NCBI GenBank assembly: GCA_030704615.1
Contig: CM060731.1
Location: 59,396,001-59,460,000, forward strand
DNA: 64,000 nucleotides
Reading direction: 5' to 3'
Source: Takakia lepidozioides
Taxonomy: Eukaryota > Plantae > Bryophyta
The notes beneath the pieces were generated by a model. That model saw nothing but the letters and a program-made list of their open reading frames with translations, did not search any database and was not told where the DNA came from. Of this stretch, positions 47,241 to 60,275 are shown in pieces. The position numbers and the translations under genes are program-made. Numbering within the stretch: the stretch's first letter is position 1; each line of letters opens with the position of its first letter.

Positions 47241-49750
47241 GTGGAGGAGGTGCACATTGTGAGTGTCATTACGGAGTTACCCAAGGGTTTTGAGGGGAGT
47301 ACGGCTACAGGCAGTAACAGTGAGAGTGGGTTCACAAGACGAGGTATTCGGTTCAGACCACCTTCACCGCCACCCTCAATTACTGTAGAGTCAGACACAG
47401 ACTCGGAGGCTTCATCAACAGGTGTGCACTTTCATTCGCCATTGTTGTGGGACGACATGGAGGAGATGTATGGAGCTACCAAGGGGCCTCGTAGGTACTC
47501 TGGAGCTGTGGGCACAATCGAGTTGGATGACTTTATCCAGGAGTTCGACAGCTGGTGTGATTTGCAGCAGATGCGCAATCCACAGCTATTCACCCCATTC
47601 ATGGCGTGGAAGGGACTGTTCCAGCATTTGGAAGGCCCGCCTATGGACGATTACCACGAGTTCAGGCGAGGACATGAAGCAGAGATTGAGGAGTGGAGGA
47701 TGTATTGGTCACCTGACTACGTCTCCCATTACTCGAGGCACGACGCGACCAGTAGCTGCATCAGTACCAATAGCTCCCACTGCCAGCACTAGTAGTGGAG
47801 CAAGTAGTGCTGGTACTTCTGCAGGTGGTACCAGTTCAAAAGGTGCTACTACTCCTCCTGCCACGACTACAACACATGTGCCTAGATTCAACCCGGTGGT
47901 GGAGTTCTTCCAGGAGTTGCGGAGGAGGAACTACCAAGGTGTACGGACAGAGAAGCTGCGAAGTTTGCAAGACTTCCAGCGCAAACCCAGTGAGAGCCTG
48001 CGAGAGCGTACACTCGTATGAGGCGCTTGATAAGTGTGACCCAAGGGGTTACTGAAGCTCAGGCAATCCAGTTTTGGTATGGAATTCTGGACAAGGAGCT
48101 CAAGAGAAGGGTGCGAGATGCAACCCTGTTACAAGCAGCCCAACCCACATTAGCAGATGTGTTTCTGCTGGCTGAGCGGATTGAGCTCAACATGGTGGAG
48201 GAGCGAGTTGTTACAATTGGATTTGGCAAGGACATGCCTGTACGGGGCACAGCTGTCAGCCCACAGGCACAAGGGACTGCCCAACAGCGTGGTCAGGGGG
48301 GCAAGGTTGCCCAGCCCAAGTTCCATGGAGCTTACAGGGGACCTCAGGTGCAGAGGCCCGTGGGCATTTTGCAGGCCAACAGCAACCAGGGGTGATATGT
48401 TGGACATGTGGAGGACCCCATGTCAAAAGAGATTGCCCAGAGAGTGGCAGAAGGCCGGCACAAGCACAGCCTGCACAGTTGCAGTGTGGGCATTGTGGCA
48501 AGTATGGGCATGGAGATGCCCAGTGTTATGACTTGCATCCTGAGTTGCGCCCAGGCCAGTTCCAAGGGAACAATGGTGGCCGGGGGCGAGGTGGACCAGC
48601 CCAAAGAGGACGAGGTGGTCGGGCACGAGGTGCAGGCCAAGGGCAAGCTCCACATGGCCAAGGACGCGGAGGTCAGGGTGTTGACCAAGGCATGGCCAAT
48701 CGGCTTCAGCAGCTAGAGCAGAGGCTCGCTGCCATGGCTATAGCTCAGGCGGTACCGGCTCCCAGGCGGGATGGTCCACCTCCTGCTCCTGAGGGAGGAG
48801 ATATGGGAGGCATGGGATTCATGTGCGGAGCAGCACTACCACTAGAGCAGGTGGAGTCTGCTGCAGCCGTGACTCGAGGAGCAGCACGAGTTCCTGAGCC
48901 ACGAGGTGCAGAGGTGGAGTTGGATCCACAACGTGGGGAGGCAAGCCGTCAGGCGAGGCTCCTCAGTCATTCACCTTGGCGGAGACAGTGTCAACGCCAT
49001 CCATGGCACCTAGTTCTCGCCCGACTGTTACCGAGGCGGAGGTTACTATGCCATTGGGGAGAGCTACACGTGCAGCACTGACACCTGCTACCAAGGCTAG
49101 TGCAGCCGGTGTGTTATTGGGGGCAGCCACCTCTGTGTGTCAAGCCCCACTGTTCTCGGCAACCATGATTGCGACGCCGGGGGTGAGACCAGCTGCAGTG
49201 TTCAGACTAGCAGCAACACTCTGTGAGAGTGGGGAGGTCACTTCATCTTCTGCGGAGTTAGTGGAAGGTGTAGTGGCAGAGGGATCCTCGGATTTGAGGG
49301 TCAAGACTGCCACGGCTGCGCCATGGCAAGCTGCAGCTGCCAGGTTGACGGAGCTGCCAGCTAGGCCAGCCTTTGAGCGCGCCATGGTGACACCTGGAGT
49401 TGTCTTGTTAGACAACCAGGGAGGCATTTTCACTTTGAGTGGACCGGCAGGCAAGAAGTACCGGCCACTGCGGGTCTTGTTGGACTCAGGAGCTCAGCCA
49501 CTGATGTTGGGCAGAGCTGCTATTGCAGGTTTGGGCCTCATGGAGGCGGATATGGAGCCTTGTCCTTTCCAGATACAGACATCTCTGGGAGGATCAGAGC
49601 AGGCTCGGCATGACACGGCATCAGTTGGCTATTAGACTGCAGCCGGATCATCCTGTAGATGGCTCAGTGATGCGAGCCAAGGCCATTGTGACAGACGCGG
49701 TCTCTTACGATGTCCTCGTTGGTGGGGCAGTGTTATACCCCATGGGCTTC
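47241..49750 (+). CDS. Gypsy gag (two zinc knuckles) and aspartic protease, frameshifted
   Basis: ELDDFIQEFDSWC, CWTCGGPHVKRDC, CGHCGKYGHGDAQC, RVLLDSGAQP, YDVLVG. Confidence 0.85.
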
Positions 49751-50192
49751 ACCCTGGATTTGGGAGGAGTCAGCATCCTACAGGCCTGGATGGCAGTCAG
49801 GGGATGGTCGCCGTGCACAGCTCCCTGTGACATTCATTGGGGGTATTGCAGCTGCCCAGCGGGGCAAGATGCCAACACTAGCCGCCTTCACAGCTGCAGT
49901 TAGTTGGCCTGGAGAGTTGCTGGAAGGCAATGCCCATGCAGAGGATGTGCCACCTCCAGCAGAGCAGGATGACATGCATGGTACGGCGGAGTTGCCTGCC
50001 ATGGTTGCTCACACTCCGTTGTGGGGTACGAGCAAGGATTTGCAGCAAGCTGCTGATGGACGGGTGCAACAAGCTTGGGTAGAAGCTTTTGTACCGTCAG
50101 GAGAGGAGGAGAGTGCGGTGATTGCACCAGGGCCACCTCAGTTGTCGCCATTGGACACCACACCTCTTGTGTGGCAGCGGCCGGATGAAGGC

Positions 50193-51135
50193 ATTTGCCT
50201 TCTGGACTTGTTTGGCGGGATCAGCACCGGATTGGCTGCTGTGCTACAGGCAGGTGTGCGGGTAAGGCGTTACCTGTATGTGGAGAGGGATGAGACTGCA
50301 CGACGCGTCTCACTGCGCCATGTTGCTCAGTTGGTACAGCAGTACCCTGACTTGTTGCCTGTGTCTGCAGTTCGTGGATACCAACAAGCCTTGCCAGCAG
50401 ACATTTCCTTGTTGGGGGGCGCAAGATTTGGAGCAGGTTGGCTCCATTGATCTGTAGTGGCAGGTTGGCCCTGCCAAGGGCATTCATCAGCCGGGCATGG
50501 CAATGGATTGCGAGACTCGAGGACGGGTCTGTTTTGGGAGATGGTGCGGATTTTGCGCTGCTTGCAGCTTCATCAAGCTGTATCTCCAGCATACATCTTG
50601 GAGAATGTGCCACTGATGGGTGATTCTCGGGCCAGGGTGATGGCCAGTGTGCATCAAGTCCGGTCGTGGCTTGGGTCAGCAGTATTGCTGGATGCAGCTG
50701 CAGTGGGGTCACGGGCTCATCGTCCACGACTATGGTGGACTAACTTGATGCCACCCGCACTGCTCAAGCGTGCATTTGATGGGGTGCAGCGGCCAGCACA
50801 CCTCACCGTGGATGGCATTTTGGACACAGGAAGGCAGTCTCAACGTGTGAGACACGATGACCGTTCGCCTTTGGCAGTGGTCAACAGGGTGGGTCAACCA
50901 CGAGCAGCATTACCTACACTGCTCAGCTTCCCAGGATCCCATGCTTTTCGGGATGGTGGACCTGGCCTCCTGTGGGATGCTCAGTTGCAGCAGTTAGTGG
51001 AGCCTAATGCCGACGAGCGAGAGCGGGCTATGGGGTTTTCCACTGGGACCACGGCGGTGCCTTCTCTTTCTGAGGCATCACGTCGTCAGGTGTTGGGGCA
51101 AGCAATGGATCTCAATTGCTTGACCTGGATTGTCA
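50193..51135 (+). CDS. DNMT3-like C5-cytosine DNA methyltransferase domain within pol (one frameshift near 50420)
   Basis: Motif I LLDLFGGISTG, II YLYVERD, IV AGWPCQGHS, V LFWEMVRIL, VI YILENV, VIII RAHRPRLWWTNL, IX ERERAMGF, X RRQVLGQAM. Confidence 0.93.
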
Positions 51136-51639
51136 GCTTGGCTATGGCTGAGCAACGTAGAGTGCGGAGTGCACTTCCCTTGACGGTCTCTCTGCCTACC
51201 GAGACGGTACAGGCAGCGAGTGGGGGCGAGCCGGTGAGGACCACGAGGTGTAGACATCCATGGCACATGTGGGAGGTGCTCGAGGTCAGAGGGAGTTGGC
51301 AGCGAAGGCAGCTGTGATGGATGAGGTTGGGGATTTCTTCTCGGGATGAGGAGGTTCTCAATGATGAGATGATGGGCAGGATGAGGCCTTGTCATTGACT
51401 GAGCAGGAAGGGGGTACTGCTCAAGAGGTTGCAGCATAGCAACCACGGGACGCGTCCTCTACCTCTAAGCCCACTGGACTTAAGGTTGCAGTTACGGAGG
51501 ACAATTGGGAGCCTGACATTGGACCCATTGTCACCGGAGGAGAGAGACGACGTATACGGCGGTTCCTGAGGGCTTACAGGAATTGCTTTGCCTTCAGTTT
51601 GAAGGACTTGGGAGCACTGAAGGGTCAAGAGATCCGTAT

Positions 51640-54300
51640 TGAGTTGGCCACTGACGCCAATCTTTCGGAGACCCTATAGATACAGTGACATGGAGAGGTC
51701 TTTGATTCAGATGAGGACTCAAGATCTCTGGGAGGCAGGTTTGGTGGAGCTCTCTGGTGGAGATGCTTCAGCCACAGTGATGCCAGCTAAGAAGGATGTC
51801 TATGGCAATTGGACGGAGAGACGTATGTGCGGTGATTACCGGCCTGTAAATCGTCAGACCAAGTCCGATAGGTATGCCATGCCAACACCAGAGGAGATCT
51901 TTGATGCCATTGGGCATTCCAAGGTCTTTAGCACGTTGGATTTACGATCCGGATATCACCAGTTGCCGATCAAGGAGGCGGATAAGCAAAAGACGGCATT
52001 CTGGGGGATCAATGAGCACGGGAAGGATTGCCTATACCAGTGGCGGTTCTTACCATTTGGGCTTAAAAACGCTCCCGCTGAGTTTCAAAGAGTCATGGAC
52101 AGGATTCTAGCAGGGGTGGAGTTTGCTCGGTGCTACATAGATGACATCATCATCTTTAGTGCTACGGTGGAGGAGCATGAGAGACACCTTCAGGGGGTAT
52201 TTGAGCGCTTGAGGACGCACGGATGAAGTTACATCCGGGCAAGTGCAAGTTTTTCCACAACCAGATTGAGTATCTGGGTCACATGATATATCCTGGAGGA
52301 TTGGGGGTACAGCAGACTAAGGTAGAGTCCATTGCACAGGTTCCACGCCCCACGGATGTGAGCCGAGTTCGAGCTTTCATGGGGGGTTAGCTATTACAGG
52401 ATTTAGTGCCATTGCAAAGGCTCTAACCAAGCTGACCAAGGTGGACCAGGAGTGGCAGTGGGAAGATGAGCAAGAACAAGCTTTTCAAGAGCTCAAGGCG
52501 AGGTTGACCTCGGCGCCCATCTTGAGACGACCTATCAGGGGGCGTCCTTTTCAGCTGCATACAGATTGGAGCATGCTGGGGCTTGGAGCGGTGCTCACAC
52601 AGGTGGATGATGAGGGAAGAGAGTTCGTAGTGGCTTATGCTAGCCGCTCGAACAATGCTGCAGAGTCTAAGTATAGCTCATATGAGGGAGAATGCTTAGC
52701 TGCAGTGTGGGCCGTGGCACACTTCAGGTGCTATCTATACGGCAATCTCTTCACCCTTGTCACGGATCACCAACCACTCAAGTGGTTGATGGAGTCAGAC
52801 AAGCTTACGGGGAAGCTTGCACGGTGGGCACTCATCCTTCAAGAGTATGACTTTCAGGTGGTGCATCGACCGGGTTTGGTCAATCGAAATGCAGATGGGT
52901 TGAGTCGCAATCCATGCACGAGCCAGCAGGATGACACTGGAGCTCGGTGGCATGGTGTGAGACGGACGAGGAGATGGTGCCCGGATGGCATGCATCTGCA
53001 TTTCTGTGTATCTTGGCAGCGGAAGGCCAGGTTGGACCTACAACAGGGATGACTGTAGATCAAGTGTCTGAGGACCTGAGGCCAGCAATGAGCAGGGTGG
53101 CGCCAAAGATATACATGAGGATTCAGTTGTGTTGGACTACCTCCGCAGTGGAGACACGCAGCCACTATGACTGCCAAGGAGAGGGATCGGATCCTACAAC
53201 GAGCCAAGAGGTTCAGGTGGGAGGGGACACACCTGCTCCGAGTGTGGGAGGATGGTCGAGTGAGGATTGTGCCTCACCCAACACAGCGGGCACGGTTAGT
53301 GCGGCATGCCCATGAGGAGTTGGGGCATTTTGGGGTGCGACGCACTCATAGTCTACTGCAGGGGCAGTATTGGTGGCGTGGTATGCACACAGAGGTGCAA
53401 CAATTTGTGGCTAGGTGCATGGTGTGTGACAGGGTGCGTGCTTCATTCAACGCCCCTACTCCACAATTGCACCCTCTTCCGATCATGGGATTGGGCTACA
53501 GGTGGAGTCTTGACTTCGCAGGGCCGTTGCCACTGACCATGCGCCACAACAAGTACGTGTTGGTGATGGTGGAGCACTTCTCCAAGTGGATTGAATTGGT
53601 TCCATTGCCTGATAAGGCTAGTGAGGGAGCTGCGTATGCATTCCTGGATTGTGTGCTTAGCCGATTCGGTGCTCCAGCTGAGGTACTCACGGACCAAGGG
53701 AGAGAGTTCTTGGGGGAGTTTCAGGCTTTGTGTGACAAGGCCTTGATAGACCACCGCACCACTTCTCGGATCATCCTGAAGCCGATGGCTTGGCAGAGAG
53801 AGTTGTTCAGACAGTAAAGAGGGGTTTGCGCAAGTATGGCTTGCAGAAGGGACACCTAGGAGATTGGGACCTTCAGTTACCCTGGTTAGCCATGGGCTAC
53901 AGGTTCAGCAAGCAAGCATCACTTGCCTCCTTCTCACCATACTTTCTTCTCTTTGGCCGAGAGCCGGATTTGCCTACATCCATTCGCAGAGAAGCTGCTA
54001 CAGTTCTTAACCTTGACGATCCGGACGTGTGGGCACGTGCATGTGAGCAGCGTGCAGAGTTGTTCAAGAGAGTCATGCCCATGGCTTTCGAGAACCTTGC
54101 CATTGCACAACACCGTGATACGTTGAGGTATGCTACCATACGTGGTGGGGCTATCGTCCTGGGGTTCGGAGATTCAACCCTGGTGACTATGTCTATCTGC
54201 AGCAGACTGCTCCTACGACCCTGGATGTGACTGCAGGACGTGTTATTTTGAGGGTTCGAGAGGTCTTGCCCTCAGGCGTCTTGGTCTTGGAGGGTCGGGA
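51640..54300 (+). CDS. Gypsy RT, RNase H and DDE integrase (frameshifted)
   Basis: RMCGDYRPVN, LDLRSGYHQ, PFGLKNAP, YIDDII; LHTDWS, EGECLA, TDHQPL, ADGLSR; HEELGH...CMVC, WSLDFAGP, LTDQGREF. Confidence 0.93.
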
Positions 54301-54407
54301 TGGCATCAACTTGGAAGGACCATGTGCGTAATTGTGCGCCATGTCACCTTCCGAATGTCGATGGCAGGATTGACCCAAACCTGGCAGTGGTATCTGCAGG
54401 TTTGAGG

Positions 54408-54549
54408 TGCATGTTGTGTGGGTGCTAAAGGGGCAGCCACCATGCTGGTATGTGATCGGTGCTCTAGAGGTTGGCATATGGGATGCTTGACTCCACCTCT
54501 TGAGATGGTTCCGGATGGGGATTGGTTATGTCCACATTGCATTGGATAG
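54408..54549 (+). CDS. PHD finger (C4HC3) at the integrase C-terminus
   Basis: CMLC(G/fs)AKGAATMLVCDRCSRGWHMGCLTPPLEMVPDGDWLCPHCIG*. Confidence 0.88.
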
Positions 54550-54795
54550 TGGGAGTGGATACAACCATGGAGGCTAACAAGAAACGCAAGGCCCAGCTAC
54601 TAGGAGACCTTGAACACACGAGATCTGGCTCAAGTTCATAGATTGCAAGACGGCGACTAACGATGGGGCTACTCTTGTACCCGGCCTCTTGGTTGATAGA
54701 GTTTGAGCACGATAAGACAGTGATAGAGGACTTAGTACGGCTGTGGCTATTACATCTTGTAGCTATCTGGAGGTAGAGGGACCTATCCACCAGCT

Positions 54796-55320
54796 AGGGG
54801 GGCGATTGTGCAGACTACTTTATTGTGCATATATGTGTGTGTGTGGTTTGGACAGCGATGTAGTTGTGTGTAGCGATATGTATGCGCACGACAGCTGTCA
54901 AGTTAAATAAGCACAGTGTGAAAACAGCTAGAATAAAACTAGTTATTTGTATTTAACACTTGGATTTAGGTCAAGTGTTAAATCAGGTGTCAAGTTTAGT
55001 TTGACACCGTCTTATCTTCACGAGAGCGGCAGTCGCGCAGCTCATCTCTCTCGAGTTGAGCCTGCGCGACCGAGCTCCTTCATCGTTTAGATGAGTGTGC
55101 TTATGATGGGAGTGTAGGTTGTTGTGGGGTGGAGTCCCCATAGCTTGGGGTGCCCCTGGCTCGACTTCTATTTCTAAGAGTGATGGTTTGGTTTTCATGC
55201 TTTGCATCGTGTGTGTCCTTAGCTTTCTTATCGATTGTGCTAGACTACTTTATTGTGCATATATGTGTGGTGTGGTTTGGACAACGATGTAGTTGTGTAG
55301 CGATATGTATGCGCACGACA
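54796..55320 (+). repeat. PPT (54796-54806), B (54807-54893), GC, A (54896-55232), GAT, B' (55236-55320)
   Basis: AGGGGGGCGAT|TGTGCAGAC...; B and B' are near-identical; A matches the left terminal repeat. Confidence 0.9.
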
Positions 55321-56282
55321 TAGGCATATGATATGATGGTACTTTCGTCGGAATTATCCAAAATATAAACAAGAGACAAAAATTCAACATTAAGAGTTTT
55401 GACATTTCATTAGCTATTACCATTATCATATTTATACTATCATTAAATATTAATAAATCAAAATGTGCTTACCACAAATCAAAGTAATTTTTGGAAGTGG
55501 AATAACATTTACATTAAATATGTGAACTAACAAAAGACATAAAAAAGAGCATATTTGACAAAAATAATTTTTTTATTAATTTATTATTTTTTTTTGGGCA
55601 ATTTGGGCAGCTTCAAGAATGTACATTGGTGACTGGCCGAAACGTGGCGACGATGACGGGGTAGAGATGATTTTTTTTTAAATATTTATTAGAAAATTCT
55701 CCGGGCAGCTTTAAACAAATGACGGCGATGACAAGGCTGATGATGATGTGGTGACAATGATAATGATAACGTGGCAATATGACATCCTATCCACACTAAA
55801 AATAGTCTCCGACCTTCAGTCGTTACTAGAATTAAATCAAATGTTAAATCATATAAGATTTAAAAAAAAAATCTAAGAATCTAATAAAGACTATTGATAC
55901 ATGGATGAAGATAACATGGTCATTTGATGTACATTGTTTGACTGTCACATCAACCCTCAATAAATCATCTACAAGCATTAAAACTTGATGTAGTACGGTA
56001 AAGATTGTAGTTGAAGACACAGTCGTTTGATAATCCATATAGGTGCTCCTTTTATCAATGGAACCGTTCTGTCATTCATAATGCCTGTGTGCATCGATGA
56101 ACACAAGATGAAGGTGGTTAGGGGATGGATCAGGAAAAGCTCGATGAGGAAGAAGGGTCACGCTGAACGGAATGACGGAGGGAGATGTATGGGCAAGAAT
56201 CAACCACATTCCCTCTTTTGTAGCGAAATATTTTAATTTTGGCCTAGATTCAATTAGTGGGACATAGATACTGCAAGTGGTA

Positions 56283-58520
56283 ATGGCCATAATATTAGAG
56301 TATGAAGAAGACACTGAGACGGTTGAGATGCAAGGGGTAATAAAGGCAATGGGAGATCAAGAAGAAAATGAAGAGGAAGAGGAGGAAGAAGAAGAAGAAG
56401 TGGAAGGAGAAGAAGAAGATGAGGATGAGGATCAAGAAGAGGAGGATGATACAACATTGGATGATGAGAATGAATATTCACCAGATCCCTTTTCCTTGCG
56501 ACCTTTGGATGCCACCAACAATGAGAGGTCTCATGATGAAATCTTGGGGTATCTTTTGACAGAGCATCATCAGCAACCTTTGGATCTTCTTGCAACAATG
56601 ATTGATTTTTTGTTTCGTAAGACTGATGTGGCGGAGCAAGATGGGTTTCAAATAAGAGTATATGATATAATCTCTGTAGCCAAACGGAGACGAAGTGAGG
56701 AAGATGACAATGAGGATTCTTTCAGGGTCCCTGAAAAGATAGCCAAATTTGAAAACAATCCGAGAGCAGTTGACGAGACAAGACTAGAATTAAATGCACC
56801 TGCAAATCAAGAGGTAGGAACACCTTCTCTAAAAACCCTAGAAAATGAAGAGGTTTGCGCAAATATAGAGGTGTCACCCATCATGGTAGGAGAAGATGAG
56901 CCTGTATTAATTCTTCAGAAACATGAGGCCGATCCAATTGTAATATATTCTTTTGAGGAGGACCTAGCGGAGCTGGAATCTGTGGACAAAAATGTGGCTT
57001 CGCCTAAACCTCAATTGGAGGAACCTGAATCTCAAGAGGAAGATACTAAACAAGATGGAAAAGGATTGAGTACGTTTCTGTCTCTCATTTCATTTATGCA
57101 AGTTCTGTTATCATCTTTTTATATTTCTTGCATTAAAAAAAATCAAAATTGTGTTTTGTGGTCTGCATTATTCAGATCCCAACGCTGGGAACGGAGCAGA
57201 CCATGAAAAGTACTCTTGGATGCAGACACTCTCAGAAATCACATTGTATATTTCAATGCCAGTTGGCACGAAGTCAAGGGATGTGATTTGTGACATCAAA
57301 CGAAATTATTTTATCACAAGTGTCAAAGGAGAGTCCCCTATATTAGATGTAAGCTATTTCCATGGGCTTCATTTTCTTCCACTTTATGTTTAGTAATGTG
57401 GTTTGGTTCTTTTAGGACATAGAGACCTGTTAAGGCTAGGTTTCTTTTGATATTGTTTCAAACCCTGATCCGACTATTAGTTCTTTAGGCTTCCTTGGAT
57501 ATAAAAGTTGTTTCATCTTTTTTCTTTTTCCATAGGATCTAACAAGGGGAAAAAGATATTGCATGGATTTCAACTTTGTTTACACAATCAAGTTGTTCTG
57601 CAGGGCCAACTGTCCAATCCAGTGAAACCGGCTGAATGCTTCTGGAGTCTAGGTGATGCTTTTACCTTGATGTATTCCATTTGGATTTCAATCTCTCAAA
57701 AATAATAATAATGTATAGACCTAAATATTTGTTTGGATCCATTCTCTTCTTCCTCATACTCTTTTAAATATATAAATTTGTTGCATGGTTGGATTGTTGA
57801 GTTCAGAGGGTCAGACTTTGTCCATTCTTTTGACGAAGCACAACAAAAATGAATGGTGGAAGTGTGTGGTGAAGGGAGAGCCTGAAATCAACACCCACAA
57901 AGTGCAACCAGAGAATAGTAAAATGTCAGATCTCGACCCCGAAACTCGCCAATTTGTTGAGAAATTAATGGTATGTAATTGCCAAAATTGCATTAGCAAT
58001 CTAGTTTTCTAAATCACTGAACTACTCTGATTACATGCAACTAAGTGTGGAAACTAGATGATAATTCCAATTCTGACTGAGGCGACCTGCTGAAAACAAT
58101 CAAACTTCCATGTCAACATTTTCATTGTATTAACGTATTCTAAATTATGGATGTCTGCAGTATGATCAACGACTGAAAGCCATGGGCTTGCCCACGACTG
58201 ATTCTGAAGTACAACAAAACCAGGATCTTGTGAAGAATCTTATGTCTCAGGTGTGCAGTGTCCCTCATGTATTGTCTTGTGATGGAAATTTTGTTAGGTT
58301 TTTCCTTAGTGAGTATTGCATAGTCACTCCTAGCAAACCCTATTGTTATTCCAAAAATATGTAACTTATGGGTGTAAAAGGACTAGGTAATTATATTGAC
58401 TTTACGTTAATGGTATTGATCAATGGCGTTTCTGGAAATAAATATGTGATTTTATTTTGTGGACTGTTGGTGGTACTACAGCATCCTGAAATGGACTTCT
58501 CAAAGGCCAAAATATGTTGA
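56283..58520 (+). CDS. BOB1: BOBBER1/NudC-domain co-chaperone, 6 exons
   Basis: MAIILEYEED, IDFLFRKTD, PNAGNGADHEKYSWMQTLSE, WWKCVVKGEPEINTHKVQPENSKMSDLDPETRQFVEKLM|YDQRLKAMGLPT, HPEMDFSKAKIC*. Confidence 0.9.
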
Positions 58521-59741
58521 AGCATGTCACAAGAATAGATAATGATGAAACTAACAACATGAGAATATTAAACTTAGATGAATGCGCAAATGATGATACA
58601 TTGGATCTTTGTGAAAAACAAATCTAAAGATGAAACGATTAGCATCAAAGAAATTATTTTATCTAGTGAAAAGATGTTCACGTAGAGTTGCAGATTTAGG
58701 GGACACATACATGAAATTGAAACGGATCTATGAAAGAGAATAATGTAAAATAGAAATCAAACCAGTGGCATTGAATCACTCATCCTCCTAAGTCCTTTGA
58801 AAGTATAGTGGGATGAAGTATGGTTTGTACGGTGGTTTTCATCATAATATGCATACCTCATTTGAAAATCTTAATTTTGGACTTCTTAGATGATTGTACA
58901 TTAAACATGTCTTCCTCCTTGGTCGAAGATAATGCTTTGCCCATGACTCCCAATTGCTTACGACAATTTTATTTCTTAGTAAACTAGGTAGTCATTTGGA
59001 GTCATTTGGGTGTATCTTTTGAATACGTTTTGAAAAAGTTGTGATTTAGACCACAAATTATTTTTTAAACAGAAATTATATTAATCTAAAAAAAGTTCAC
59101 AATGGGGAAAAAACATAAGGATAAGCTAGTTGTTTATCTGTAATATCATCTCATGCATGATAAAAACACATTTCATGAACGTACTATACTAGTGATTGCA
59201 TCATGTGCAACCTTATTTGTATCATGTGACCAAAAAATTGTGCTGTCAAGTTGACAATATTGCGCTTTTAAACTATATCTACAACACATTCATTTCAATT
59301 CAGAACCTATTTCATGAGATTTCTATGGTGACCATTGATTGGTGTGTATTTGCTTTGCTTGGACGTTACCTATGACTTAGTTAGTTTGCCAATTCAATCA
59401 CCAGCTTCTAGGGTTTTTTCCAGCAAGAGGTTTTGTCCTTCGCTCAACTTGCAGTAGAGCAAGGTTTTCCTCTTGTTGGATTTCCATCCCAATTGCTTGA
59501 GGTCTAATTGGTGGTATGATTTCTGCATTAGCTCGCAGGAGCTCGCTAGCAAGGGCGGCATGTAGCTTCGCATATGTGAAGAGCCTGATTTCTCGCAACT
59601 CTTTGTTCTCCTTTATGGATGATAAGGTTAATGTTGGAACAGGACGAGCTGTTACAGCTTGTGTATACCTTTAATTAGTCTTGGCTTGTCTTATGTTAAC
59701 AGCTACGTCACTTAGGATAAGTGCTTAACTGGCAGCCCACC

Positions 59742-60275
59742 TGTCATAGGATCTGGGTGCAATACGTATGGCCTATAGAAAGAGGCCAGATGGCAGATGT
59801 TATTAGCAAGATCCTTCTATTTAAACGAGGAGCTGGATCAGTCCGGCATGATGTTTTTGGTGTTCAAGTTTGTGTACCCAATGTTGAATGAATGTGTGAA
59901 TAGATGTGGTGATATGAATGATAGTTAGAATCGTTGAAAGCAGCAGTTGAGTCCTCTTGGATAGATCCTCCTTCTCGTGGCAGGCGCGCTTTTCCTTGCT
60001 GCACACCCATGTAACAGCTAACACTACAGAGGAGGGGAATCTCTAGTGTATGTCGGAATTTTGGCTTTACACCCTGCTGTCCCAAAGGTAGGACTAAGCA
60101 AAGGGTTTTTGGAGATTTGGCAAGAATTAGTTCAAGATAGGTGTAGATGGAAGACACCATCTCACCATAAAGAAACATTTCTCAGCAATGGTACAAGTTT
60201 AGGGTTTCATCTAGCACAAGACTTTTTATACAAAGGTGTCATTTGGATTAATGCACAGAATTGGGGATTTTGACA
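59742..60275 (-). mobile_element. Possible LTR remnant with adjacent degraded internal sequence (~59400-59740)
   Basis: Bounded by TGTCA...TGACA inverted termini; no partner LTR or TSD confirmed. Confidence 0.3.

Larger units (their letters stand above)
43427..55320 (+). mobile_element. Ty3/Gypsy LTR retrotransposon with DNMT3-like methyltransferase and PHD finger; permuted terminal repeats; 4-bp TSD TAGG
   Basis: TGTC...GACA ends, TAGG at 43423-43426 and 55321-55324, and gag-PR-DNMT-RT-RH-IN-PHD domain order. Confidence 0.93.

Noticed and set aside
34337-51135. Bacterial contamination or a restriction-modification locus explaining the two methyltransferases
   Set aside because: One gene has spliceosomal introns, the other is embedded in a Gypsy pol, and both sit among plant genes and plant TEs.
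47241-54549. Programmed frameshifts in gag-pol
   Set aside because: The frame breaks are numerous and several fall in homopolymer runs, which fits decay or long-read indel errors. Raw reads would be needed to tell these apart.
43427-55320. DIRS/PAT/Ngaro tyrosine-recombinase element (suggested by split repeats plus an MTase)
   Set aside because: It encodes an aspartic protease and an HHCC/DDE integrase, has TG...CA ends and a TSD, and I found no tyrosine recombinase motif.
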